A stretch of 64,000 nt of DNA, from assembly GCA_015064945.1 (NCBI GenBank), contig SVRF01000004.1, positions 1,383-65,382 on the forward strand. Reading direction: 5' to 3'. Position numbers and translations under genes: made by a program. Each line of letters begins with the position of its first letter. Position 1 is the first letter of the stretch. Shown piece after piece: positions 47,202 through 56,536 of the stretch. Source of the stretch: Oscillospiraceae bacterium. GTDB lineage: Bacteria; Bacillota; Clostridia; Oscillospirales; CAG-382. The notes below the pieces were generated by a model, which saw only the letters and a program-made list of their open reading frames with translations, was not told the origin of the DNA and did no database searches.

Positions 47202-48071
47202 ATGGCGTTGTTGTTAAAAAAGAGGGACGGCAGCTACATTATCGTCGGCAACAAGCAAGAGCGCACACTGAAGTTTTTGTACAAAACCGTATCAGGCAGG
47301 GTGGTGCTTAAGCTTTTGACACGTCCCGTAGTGTCCAAGGTTACGGGCAAGGTGCTTGACAGCAGAATAAGCGCATTTGCGGCAAAAAGCGCTATAAAAA
47401 AGCGCAAAATAGAAACCGAAATGCTGGAGAAAAGTAAGTTTAAGTCTTACAACGATTTTTTCACACGCAAGCTTAAGGAGGGCGGCAGACCCGTTGATAT
47501 GTTGCCCGAAACCCTTATAAGCCCTTGCGACTCCAAGCTTTCCGCATATACCATAGGCGAAGACAGCAGTTTTGTTATCAAGGGCACGCCTTACACCGTT
47601 AACGACCTGCTCGGCGGTGACCGCATCTATAAGGAATATATAGGCGGTACTTGCCTTATCTTCCGCTTGGCGGTTGACGACTACCACCGCTATTGCTATT
47701 TTGATAACGGCAAAAAAGGCGACAATAAATATCTTAAAGGCATTCTGCACACGGTACACCCCATTGTTGTGGGCGAGTACAACATTTACAAGCGCAACTG
47801 CCGTGAATATACGGTTATGGATACCGAAAATTTCGGCAAGGTTGTACAGGTTGAGGTTGGCGCTATGATGGTGGGCAGGATAAAGAATTTCCACGGTGCG
47901 CACAGCTTTAAGCGCGGTGAGGAAAAAGGTATGTTTGAGTTTGGCGGTTCTACAATAGTACTGCTTCTTAAAGAGAACGCCGCCGTGCTTGATGCGGACA
48001 TATTACAAAACAGCGCAAACGGTGTGGAAACTATCGTTAAATACGGCGAGAAGATCGGCCATAAAGCGTAA
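47202..48071 (+). CDS. psd: phosphatidylserine decarboxylase
   Basis: SYNDFFTRKL, SPCDS, FRLAVDDYHRY, EVGAMMVG, FEFGGST autocleavage motif; start placed at ATG 47202, downstream of the promoter. Confidence 0.88.
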   Translation: MALLLKKRDGSYIIVGNKQERTLKFLYKTVSGRVVLKLLTRPVVSKVTGKVLDSRISAFAAKSAIKKRKIETEMLEKSKFKSYNDFFTRKLKEGGRPVDMLPETLISPCDSKLSAYTIGEDSSFVIKGTPYTVNDLLGGDRIYKEYIGGTCLIFRLAVDDYHRYCYFDNGKKGDNKYLKGILHTVHPIVVGEYNIYKRNCREYTVMDTENFGKVVQVEVGAMMVGRIKNFHGAHSFKRGEEKGMFEFGGSTIVLLLKENAAVLDADILQNSANGVETIVKYGEKIGHKA

Positions 48072-48101
48072 ATAATTACTTAAGAGAAAGGATTATATAT
48101 T

Positions 48102-49280
48102 ATGAAAAAGTTTTTCACTTCCGAATCGGTTACAGAAGGACATCCTGACAAAATATGTGACAAAATAAGCGACAGTGTTCTTGATGCTATACTCGAAAAA
48201 GACCCTATGGCAAGAGTTGCCTGCGAAACCGCTTGTACAACAGGCTTGGTTTTGGTAATGGGTGAAATTACCACAGATGCATACGTTGACATACAGGGTA
48301 TAGTAAGAGAAGCGGTGAGAGAAATAGGCTATGACTCTTCAGAAAAGGGCTTTGACTGCAATACCTGCGGCGTTATCGTTGCTCTTGACGAGCAGTCCAA
48401 GGATATAGCAATGGGCGTTGACAAGGCGCTTGAAGCTAAGGAAGGTACTATTTCCGACAAGTATGATACAGGCGCAGGCGACCAGGGCATGGTATTTGGC
48501 TTTGCTTGTGACGAAACCGAAGAGCTTATGCCTCTCCCCATCTCTATGTCCCACAAGCTTTCCAAGCAGCTTACCGCTGTTCGTAAGAACGGTACCCTTC
48601 CCTACCTCCGTGCAGACGGTAAGACACAGGTTACCGTTGAATACGTGGACGGCAAGCCCGCACGTATCGACAGCATCGTTGTTTCCTCTCAGCACGCAGC
48701 AGATGTTGGTCTTGAACAGATAAGAGCAGACATAATCGCCAACGTTATTACCCCCATAGTTCCCGCAAATTACATTGACGAAAACACCAAGATATACGTT
48801 AATCCCACAGGCAGATTTGTTACCGGCGGTCCCAACGGCGACAGCGGTCTTACAGGCAGAAAGATAATTGTTGATACCTATGGCGGCTACGCAAGCCACG
48901 GCGGCGGTGCTTTCTCCGGTAAGGACCCCACAAAGGTTGACCGCAGTGCGGCTTATATGGCACGCTACGTTGCAAAGAACATTGTTGCTTCCGGCATAGC
49001 TTCCGCTTGCGAAGTGCAGATTGCTTACGCAATAGGCGTTGCAAAGCCCCTTTCCGTTTACATCGACACCAGAGGAACCTGCAGTGTGGTTTCTGACCAG
49101 CGTTTAGCAGAGATAGTTAACGAGGTATTTGACCTTCGTCCTGCGGCTATTATCGAAAAGCTGGAGCTTAGAAAGCCCCAGTACCGTCCCCTTTCCGCAT
49201 ACGGTCACTTCGGCAGAGAAGAGCTTGGCGTTAAGTGGGAAGACACCGATATGGTGGAAGCTATTAAGAGCAAACTTTAA
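48102..49280 (+). CDS. metK: S-adenosylmethionine synthetase
   Basis: [39 protein letters not shown]. Confidence 0.98.
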   Translation: MKKFFTSESVTEGHPDKICDKISDSVLDAILEKDPMARVACETACTTGLVLVMGEITTDAYVDIQGIVREAVREIGYDSSEKGFDCNTCGVIVALDEQSKDIAMGVDKALEAKEGTISDKYDTGAGDQGMVFGFACDETEELMPLPISMSHKLSKQLTAVRKNGTLPYLRADGKTQVTVEYVDGKPARIDSIVVSSQHAADVGLEQIRADIIANVITPIVPANYIDENTKIYVNPTGRFVTGGPNGDSGLTGRKIIVDTYGGYASHGGGAFSGKDPTKVDRSAAYMARYVAKNIVASGIASACEVQIAYAIGVAKPLSVYIDTRGTCSVVSDQRLAEIVNEVFDLRPAAIIEKLELRKPQYRPLSAYGHFGREELGVKWEDTDMVEAIKSKL

Positions 49281-49286
49281 TCACCT

Positions 49287-49317
49287 TAAGGGGTCGGCTG
49301 TAAGGTCGACCCCCTTA
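49287..49317 (+). terminator. hairpin after metK
   Basis: TAAGGGGTCGGC...GTCGACCCCCTTA; weak U-tract. Confidence 0.55.
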
Positions 49318-49342
49318 TAGTATTACAAAAGGAGGACAGCAG

Positions 49343-51523
49343 GTGGAAAAGCTTGAAGGTGTAGTTGAACATATTGTATATACAAACCCCGAAAACGGCT
49401 ATACCGTTTGCCTGCTGGACTGCGGCAACGGCGAACCGATCACCGCCGTAGGATTGCTTCCCTCCACGGTTGAAGGGGAAAAGCTTGTAGCAACGGGAGC
49501 TTGGACAAACCACCCCAGCTTTGGCAAGCAATTTCGCATTGAAAGCTATGAAAAGCAACTGCCCGACGGTGCGGAGGGGATGTATAAATTCCTATCCTCG
49601 GGCTATATAAAGGGGCTGGGACCCATTACCGCAATGCGATTAGTGGAGAAGTACGGGGAAGAAAGCTTTGACGTGCTGTCCAATCATCCCGAATGGCTTG
49701 CGGAATTCAAAGGAATAAGCCGTAAGCGTGCCCTTGCCATAGGCGAGGATTTTAAGCTGAAGTTCGGTATGCGTGACGTAATAATGTTTTGCAGTAAGTA
49801 CTTCGGCACGGCTATCTGCACCAAGATATACAAGCGCTACGGCGGCGGTGCGGTGGAGCTGATAAAAGCCAACCCCTATATGCTTTGCGACGATATCATG
49901 GGCATAAGCTTTGAACGTGTTGACAAGATGGCGGCGGATTTGGAGTTTCCTCCCGATGCCCCCGAGCGTGTTAAAAGCTTTATAAAGCACGTGCTTTTAA
50001 CAGCGGCTTATAACGGCGGGCACTGTTATATGCCTATGGAGGAGCTTACGGAAACGGTAGCCCGCAGCTTGGATATAGACCCTGTATACGCTGAAAGCTG
50101 TATGAACGGGCTGGCACAGCTTGGTCAGCTTGTCCTTGGAAGCGGCAGATGTGCCCTTAAGCTTTACAGCGAGGCGGAGCGTTTTATAGCGCAAAAGCTT
50201 GCCTCTATGGCAAGGTGTGAGCTCCCTTACAGAATAGCAGGCATAGACGACAGCATAAGTTTTTTGCAAAAGAAGTACGACATAGAATATGCACCCAACC
50301 AAAAGCGTGCAATAAAATGCGCCACCAGCAACGGCGTTACCGTTGTTACGGGCGGACCGGGCACAGGTAAAACCACGGTTATAAAAGCGATACTGGAGAT
50401 ATTTGCCGCATCGGGCATAAGCTTTATGCTGTGCGCACCTACGGGACGTGCCGCTAAGCGGATGAGCGAAGCGTCGGGCAACGAAGCCAAGACAATACAC
50501 AGGCTTTTGGAAACCAAGTTCAACAGCAAGGGTGAGCAGATATTTGTGCACGACAGGCACAATCCCCTGCCCTACAGCGCCATTATTGTGGACGAGGTCA
50601 GTATGGTTGACGCTTTATTGATGGAAAACCTGCTTAGGGCAATACGTGACGGCTCCTACCTAATCCTTATCGGGGACAGCGACCAGCTGCCGCCCGTAGG
50701 TGCAGGTAACGTGCTTTCGGATATTATTGCCTCCGGAGTGTTCCCTGTAATAAGGCTTAACGAAATATTTAGGCAGGCGAGAGAAAGTCTTATCATTGTT
50801 AACGCCCACAGCATAAACGCAGGTGAACTGCCCGAGCTTGCGGACAAAAAGAAGGACTTTTTCTTTATGGAACGGCAAAACGCCGAGGAGATGACAGAGC
50901 TTATAAGTCAGCTTTGCAAAACCAGACTACCCAACCGCTACGGAATAGACCCCAAAAGCGACATACAGATAATAACCCCCACACGAAAAGGGCCGATGGG
51001 CACTGCCGCCCTTAACGCCGCTTTGCAGGATGCGCTTAACCCCAAAGGAAAAGGAAAAAACGAGTGTAAGATAGGCAGCACTCTATACCGTGAGGGTGAC
51101 AAGGTGATGCAGACCAAGAACAATTACGATATACCTTGGAATGCGGACGGTGTTGACGGTACAGGGGTTTTTAACGGAGATATAGGCATAATTAAAAGGC
51201 TTGACGCCCACGACCAGACCGCCCTTATTAAGTTTGATGACCGCTTGGCGGAATACGATTTTTCTATGTTTGAGGACGTTGACCACGCCTATGCAGTTAC
51301 GGTGCATAAAAGTCAGGGCAGTGAGTACCCCATTGTTATTATCCCCTTCTTTGATTTTCCGCCTATGCTTATGTACCGCAGTCTGCTTTATACAGGCGTT
51401 ACCCGTGCAAAGCAAATGTTTATAGGCATAGGTAAGTCGGCACGGCTTGCACAAATGGTTATGAACGACCGCAAGCTGCTACGAAACACCACACTTAGAG
51501 AATTGCTTGAAAGTATAGAATAA
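49343..51523 (+). CDS. recD2: ATP-dependent RecD2-like DNA helicase
   Basis: IKGLGP HhH; GGPGTGKTT, APTGRAAKR, DEVSM, GDSDQLP, AVTVHKSQGSE. Confidence 0.93.
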   Translation: MEKLEGVVEHIVYTNPENGYTVCLLDCGNGEPITAVGLLPSTVEGEKLVATGAWTNHPSFGKQFRIESYEKQLPDGAEGMYKFLSSGYIKGLGPITAMRLVEKYGEESFDVLSNHPEWLAEFKGISRKRALAIGEDFKLKFGMRDVIMFCSKYFGTAICTKIYKRYGGGAVELIKANPYMLCDDIMGISFERVDKMAADLEFPPDAPERVKSFIKHVLLTAAYNGGHCYMPMEELTETVARSLDIDPVYAESCMNGLAQLGQLVLGSGRCALKLYSEAERFIAQKLASMARCELPYRIAGIDDSISFLQKKYDIEYAPNQKRAIKCATSNGVTVVTGGPGTGKTTVIKAILEIFAASGISFMLCAPTGRAAKRMSEASGNEAKTIHRLLETKFNSKGEQIFVHDRHNPLPYSAIIVDEVSMVDALLMENLLRAIRDGSYLILIGDSDQLPPVGAGNVLSDIIASGVFPVIRLNEIFRQARESLIIVNAHSINAGELPELADKKKDFFFMERQNAEEMTELISQLCKTRLPNRYGIDPKSDIQIITPTRKGPMGTAALNAALQDALNPKGKGKNECKIGSTLYREGDKVMQTKNNYDIPWNADGVDGTGVFNGDIGIIKRLDAHDQTALIKFDDRLAEYDFSMFEDVDHAYAVTVHKSQGSEYPIVIIPFFDFPPMLMYRSLLYTGVTRAKQMFIGIGKSARLAQMVMNDRKLLRNTTLRELLESIE

Positions 51524-51532
51524 TGCAAATAT

Positions 51533-51590
51533 AACAGCATGAGCCCGACCATACGGTCGGGCTCATGCTGTTTCTTTCTTTTTCTTTCAA
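51533..51590 (+). terminator. intrinsic terminator
   Basis: AACAGCATGAGCCCGACC-atac-GGTCGGGCTCATGCTGTT + T-rich tail. Confidence 0.85.
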
Positions 51591-51694
51591 ACTATGTAAA
51601 CCTACTTGCTTTTGCTTAGCGAAAATATCATCAAAGTCAAAACCAAGCCTACAATGGCGGCACAAGTTATAATTATCTTTTTGCTCATCGCAAT

Positions 51695-52792
51695 TTACAC
51701 TCTGTCAGGGTATGGGATACACTTGGTAATAAGCAGTGTAACGCCGACTTTATCCATATACACGCATTGATAGGGGCTTGTGTCATAAGGAGTTTCGTAA
51801 AAAGCTACGCAGAATACTTCTTTTGCATCGTCATAGGAGAATACTACGTGACGGTATTCGTCGGGGTATTCCGCCTTTGCCCTCTCCTCAGCGGCTTCAA
51901 GGCTGTTGATTTCCGGAAGCGGTGTATCTATAGGCTGTGTATTAACAAAGCCTTCGGTTATACGCTCCAGCTCATTGGCGGCGCCGCGGTGGGTGCCTTC
52001 CATTACTGCGCTCCAATCAAAGCGGTTTGCGCCGTAGCTGTAAAACCTGTGCTCTTTTTCATAGTGTATGCCAAAGCGGTCCAAATCCTCAACCGTCACT
52101 CTTCCGTTTTCAAAAGCGGTGATCAGGTCTTCGCTTGTGCCGTTTGAATAATAAACGGTGATGTAATCGCCTTTCCAGCAGGTGAAGAGATAGGCGTAAG
52201 TATCGTCCTCGTAAAAGTATTGTATGGCCTCGCCCACGCCCTTGCCGTAGGAATCGTCTACTATATTTGTTACTTCGGAAGCGTTGAAACAGCGCTCGGC
52301 TCTTATATAATCTATATCATAGCTATCTAAGTCGGCAATAGTTACGATACCCGTTACAAAGGCATTCTTTACGTTTTCACTTGTGCCGTCGGAATAATGC
52401 ACTGTGATATAACGGCTCATTATGCAAGGGAAGTAATAATGATAGTCGTCATCCTCATAAAAGAATTCAAGTGCATCGTCAAGTCCCTTGCCGTAGGAAT
52501 CGTCAACAATGTTTATTACGGTTTTTAGAGCCGTAAGCCCTGCATCATATCTGAGTATGCCTGAGGCATCAAGGCTGTTAACCACGCCGTCTTCGTTATA
52601 ATCGGCGCAAGCAAGTTTCGCACCCTCAAGGCTTATTAACTTAGCGTCGTGCTTTAGCACCTGCGCCGCATCAAGACTGTTTACGGTTCCGTCAAGGGTT
52701 ACGTCCCCAATGGGAAAGAGTGACGTTGCGAACGCCGTAAGGTTAACGCAAAGGGTAAAAGCAACAATTCCGATAAAAATCTTTTTAATCAT
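51695..52792 (-). CDS. secreted protein with N-terminal dockerin, two ~75-aa unknown repeats and a C-terminal unknown domain
   Basis: Signal peptide (AFA); GDVTLDGTVNSLDA / ADYNEDGVVNSLDA; repeats NIVDDSYGKG..A...FYEDD.Y.Y.F...YITV.YS.GTSE. Confidence 0.8.
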   Translation of the reverse strand: MIKKIFIGIVAFTLCVNLTAFATSLFPIGDVTLDGTVNSLDAAQVLKHDAKLISLEGAKLACADYNEDGVVNSLDASGILRYDAGLTALKTVINIVDDSYGKGLDDALEFFYEDDDYHYYFPCIMSRYITVHYSDGTSENVKNAFVTGIVTIADLDSYDIDYIRAERCFNASEVTNIVDDSYGKGVGEAIQYFYEDDTYAYLFTCWKGDYITVYYSNGTSEDLITAFENGRVTVEDLDRFGIHYEKEHRFYSYGANRFDWSAVMEGTHRGAANELERITEGFVNTQPIDTPLPEINSLEAAEERAKAEYPDEYRHVVFSYDDAKEVFCVAFYETPYDTSPYQCVYMDKVGVTLLITKCIPYPDRV

Positions 52793-52828
52793 AAAAGCAC
52801 TTCCTTTCTTTAAAATTATGAGTAAACT

Positions 52829-55231
52829 CTATTCACCGCTGATTACGTAAAGGGTTACGCCGCTTTGGTTAAGGTAAACTATTTGGTCGCCGCCTGCGGT
52901 ATCAGTCATAGAAAAATGCACCGCCCAAGTGTGGTCTATATGGGAATAGTGGGTGGCCACAGTATCGTATTCCACGGTGCACTCAAGTGCCGCTCTCTCT
53001 ACTGCATCTTCAGAACAGGTTATGGGGTCGGAGTCTTCGTTTACAAAGCCGTCAGTCTTTACAGCACAGCCCGGGTGCTCGGAAAGTATCCTACTTGAAT
53101 CGGGCATTACGCTGAAGGACTCATCCTCGGCGGTCTTTTCTTCTGCATAGTAGAATATGTCGTACTCCTTAAGCTGTTCTATGCTCACGTGGTTATATTC
53201 CAGCGCCTCTACGATATTCTCCGCAGTGCCGTCTTTATAATGCACTACTATCCCTGTGCTTTGTATAAAAGGGAAATAGTAGATATAATTGTCGTCCACA
53301 TAGAAGGCTTCAAGAGCTTCGGCGCCGCCGTCGGTAAGGTCCTCTATATAGTCCACGTCCTTGGGGCCGTCGCCGGAACTTGGCTTGGGGGGATCATCAA
53401 CCATACCCACTTTAGTTCCTAATTCCTTTTCGTAGTATATGCCGAAACGATCCAAATCTTCAATAGTAACTATGCCTGTTTTGAAAGCATCACGAACGTT
53501 TTCGCTTGTGCCGTCGGAATAATACACAATTATTTCGCCGCCTATTAAATTGGTGAAATAATAGGTATAGGTCCCGTCAGTATAAAAGTGATCGTAAGCG
53601 GGGCATATAAAACCATAGTCGTTTTCGTCAACTATATTTACTACGGTTTTTGTGCCGACTTCCGTTGGGTCAACTGCAGGTTTACCTACTGCTATGTCGT
53701 CTCCGATAGCGGGTACGTCATCGGTCACGGGCAAATCCGTAGGTTCGCCGTTAGGTGTATTTTGAGGGTCATCAACTACTGGCGGTACATATTCGGGGGC
53801 AGTATATTCTGCACCGCAGTATTCGTATATAAGACGGGTCATAAGGTCAACAAGCAGCTCTTCTTTATACTCCTGCACGGAAGGGGGCAAGTGACTGCCT
53901 CCCACACCGCTTGTGTCCGTAAGGAAGGCGTAGCTACCGCCGGTAAGCACTGCATAGCTTCTTAAAAGAATTTCCGTATCTTTGTTTATACCGCTGGATG
54001 CCACGGGTATAATCCTTATGCCCATTTCGGCGGCTTTTTTAATTGTGCCGCTGAGGTCATCTATTATCTGCGGGTCCTTATGGGGCGGTGCATCCAAAAT
54101 AAGAAACAGTATCTTTACGCTGTCCTCTTCCCATGCGTGGTCATATACGGCGTTGCGCAGTGCTCTGTCCACCGCTTCCTCATAGTCACCGCCGCCGGAT
54201 GCATACTGCTCTGCCACGTTTTGCTTTACCTTTTGCGGGTCGGTCTCAAAGGCGTAGTATTTTACTATATACTCGTCCTGCAGGTCACGGTAAAAGTTTA
54301 CGCTGGTGCGTACATCAAAGCCTGTATCGGATGCACGGTTGATTATCTCCACGACCTCTGCCTTAAGATAGGCTATCTCGTCACCCATGGAGCCTGTGGT
54401 ATCCACCACAAACATAAGGTCAAGCTTTTTGATTTCTTTTACGCTGTCAAATACAAAATGATAGCTGTCTCCGCTGTATCCCGGCTCACGGGTAAAGCCT
54501 ACGCTTTGCTCCTTACCGTTGTAGTTTACGGTAATATTTACAGGTGCCGCGCCGCCTGCACTGTAAAACAGATACGCCTTACCAGCCGCGTTGGTAACTG
54601 CAGAATACAGAACCTTACCTTCACCGTCAAGGAGTTTTACCAAGGCGCCGCCCGCAGAGGTTAAATTCAAGCCTTCTGCTTGAGGATCATCCATCCTCTC
54701 GTGTACTGCCACATCAACGGTAACACGTTTTGCGCTTTGTAGCTTCCATTCCTCCACGTAGCTGTTCCATTGGCTTTCCAAAAGAGCTTTCCAAGCTGCA
54801 AAGTCATCATTGTCACGTATCTCGCCTGCGGTAAGGGTACCTGCGGTTGCCTGAATATCCGAGCCCACCCAATCCTCGGGCATATACTCGGGGGTACCGA
54901 GAGGTGCTTCTGCTTTATCTTCGGCATCGCCCTCGTATCTTTCGTCTTCCATAAGGACGCCGTCCATAGCATCCTCAGTGGGTAACATTGCTCCGCCGTT
55001 CATATCATGGGAAGGGGAGCCCTCTATAACGCCGTCCTTATTTTCTGCGGAAAGCTTTCCCTCGTCCTTGTTGTTATCCGTTGGATTTTTGCTTTCCTCG
55101 CCCTTGCTGTCCGCAACCACGTTGGGAGCAGATGTGTCTTCAGCCTTCTCATCACCGCCGCAAGCGCATATAAGTAACATAAGCGTTGCCAAAAGCAAAG
55201 CCAACACGGTTTTTAATGTTTTATGTTTCAT
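52829..55231 (-). CDS. vWA-domain lipoprotein with two ~75-aa unknown repeats
   Basis: Lipobox ICAC; MIDAS DLMFVVDTTGSM, GGGDYEEAV, LILDAPPH; C-terminal repeats and end domain shared with 51695-52792. Confidence 0.82.
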   Translation of the reverse strand: MKHKTLKTVLALLLATLMLLICACGGDEKAEDTSAPNVVADSKGEESKNPTDNNKDEGKLSAENKDGVIEGSPSHDMNGGAMLPTEDAMDGVLMEDERYEGDAEDKAEAPLGTPEYMPEDWVGSDIQATAGTLTAGEIRDNDDFAAWKALLESQWNSYVEEWKLQSAKRVTVDVAVHERMDDPQAEGLNLTSAGGALVKLLDGEGKVLYSAVTNAAGKAYLFYSAGGAAPVNITVNYNGKEQSVGFTREPGYSGDSYHFVFDSVKEIKKLDLMFVVDTTGSMGDEIAYLKAEVVEIINRASDTGFDVRTSVNFYRDLQDEYIVKYYAFETDPQKVKQNVAEQYASGGGDYEEAVDRALRNAVYDHAWEEDSVKILFLILDAPPHKDPQIIDDLSGTIKKAAEMGIRIIPVASSGINKDTEILLRSYAVLTGGSYAFLTDTSGVGGSHLPPSVQEYKEELLVDLMTRLIYEYCGAEYTAPEYVPPVVDDPQNTPNGEPTDLPVTDDVPAIGDDIAVGKPAVDPTEVGTKTVVNIVDENDYGFICPAYDHFYTDGTYTYYFTNLIGGEIIVYYSDGTSENVRDAFKTGIVTIEDLDRFGIYYEKELGTKVGMVDDPPKPSSGDGPKDVDYIEDLTDGGAEALEAFYVDDNYIYYFPFIQSTGIVVHYKDGTAENIVEALEYNHVSIEQLKEYDIFYYAEEKTAEDESFSVMPDSSRILSEHPGCAVKTDGFVNEDSDPITCSEDAVERAALECTVEYDTVATHYSHIDHTWAVHFSMTDTAGGDQIVYLNQSGVTLYVISGE

Positions 55232-55265
55232 ATTGATTACCTCCCGTTTTGTCCTTTCATTAGAT

Positions 55266-55293
55266 TAGACGAAAAAGCTGTAAAAAACTCTCA
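55266..55293 (-). promoter_or_regulatory. possible ECF-sigma promoter
   Basis: TGAGAG-16 nt-CGTCTA, similar to the TGAAAC-N16-CGTC pattern of SigV/W/M-type promoters. Confidence 0.35.
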
Positions 55294-55341
55294 CCCATTT
55301 TAACAAAAAAAGCCTGCGCTATCAGGCGCAGACTTTTACCC

Positions 55342-56403
55342 CTATGCAATTACACGGTTTTCCCAAACAAATTCCATTACCTTATCCCAATAGATACTGG
55401 TTATAATATCATCTTTGCCGTGCTTTTTTTCCAGTTCAGCGGCGGAAATACCCTCCTCCTTGGCATAGGCTTCAAGACGGGTCTTGTATTCCTCGTCGCT
55501 TATATCTCTGCCAAACTCCCTGTCAAGTATGGCGTACATTGCTATTTCGGATTTGTAATAGTCCTCTGCATAGGCAATTGCATCCTGCCTCCACGTCTGA
55601 ACATCGGTACCGATAACGATCTCTACACCGGCGCCGTATTTAGCCGCCTCTTCTTTGTAGTGCTGATACATTGCTTCAACGTGACGGTAAACTATATCAC
55701 CCGGATATTTAATAATCTCACAGTTTTCAAGCGCCGCCTTCCAAGCCTCGGTATACATGGTATCCTGCGCCTGCTTTTCAAGCTGCTTTTTGGCGTAAGC
55801 GTCAAAATCTTTGGCGGAATCCAGTCCGAAATGCTCCTTAACAAAGGCATCGTCTATGGTAGCGTCGGTCTTGTCTTTTTCCTGTATTTTGTTAACGGTA
55901 ATCTCAAGCTTTAAAGTCTTGCCCCTAAGACCTTGGCTGAAATAATCGCTTGGCACGGTTATATTAGTACTTACGGTGTTGCCTACTTCAATACCTACAA
56001 GATGCTGTTCTATCTCGGGGAAATCAAAATCTCCGTCGCCCACAACAAGGTTTGCGCTTGTACTGCCGCCATCAAAGGTCACGCCGTTTAGGTATGCCGT
56101 GTAGCTTATATTAACATTATCTCCCGTTTCTACCTTCTTTTTATCCAAGGGCTTGTAGTAGGCGTACTTCTTTTGCAGTTCTGCCTTGTAGCCTTCCACA
56201 TCCGCATCGGTAACAGTCACTTCATTAACCGAAACACCCTTGTAGTTACCCAATATGATGTACTGCTCCATATCCTCGTCAAGCTTGCCTATATATTCAA
56301 AAACATCGATACTTTCTTCCTTAGACTCCTCTTTATTATCCTCTTTTTTGCAAGCGCAAAGGACAAAAACAAGCGCAAGCATAAACAAAAACGCTTTCTT
56401 CAA
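55342..56403 (-). CDS. trigger-factor-like FKBP PPIase lipoprotein lacking the ribosome-binding domain
   Basis: Lipobox LCAC; LGNYKG..V..V.VTD.DV, GD.VNI.Y......FDGG, V.VPSDY...LRGK; TTG start with AAGGAGG. Confidence 0.78.
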   Translation of the reverse strand: MKKAFLFMLALVFVLCACKKEDNKEESKEESIDVFEYIGKLDEDMEQYIILGNYKGVSVNEVTVTDADVEGYKAELQKKYAYYKPLDKKKVETGDNVNISYTAYLNGVTFDGGSTSANLVVGDGDFDFPEIEQHLVGIEVGNTVSTNITVPSDYFSQGLRGKTLKLEITVNKIQEKDKTDATIDDAFVKEHFGLDSAKDFDAYAKKQLEKQAQDTMYTEAWKAALENCEIIKYPGDIVYRHVEAMYQHYKEEAAKYGAGVEIVIGTDVQTWRQDAIAYAEDYYKSEIAMYAILDREFGRDISDEEYKTRLEAYAKEEGISAAELEKKHGKDDIITSIYWDKVMEFVWENRVIA

Positions 56404-56428
56404 GGCACATACCTCCTTTTACTTGTTA

Positions 56429-56457
56429 ATTCTATCAATATTTACCGTGATTGTCAA
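56429..56457 (-). promoter_or_regulatory. sigA promoter
   Basis: TTGACA-17 nt-TAGAAT with TG extension. Confidence 0.7.
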
Positions 56458-56536
56458 GAATTATTTAATTTACGTTAATGTTGAATTTATATTAGAATAA
56501 TATAATTGCGTATCTGTACAATGAAAGGCGAAAAAT

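Noticed and set aside
15608-52792. Classical plant-degrading cellulosome
   Set aside because: No GH5/9/10/11/48 or CBM3 motifs recognised in any dockerin protein here; such genes could exist elsewhere in the genome.
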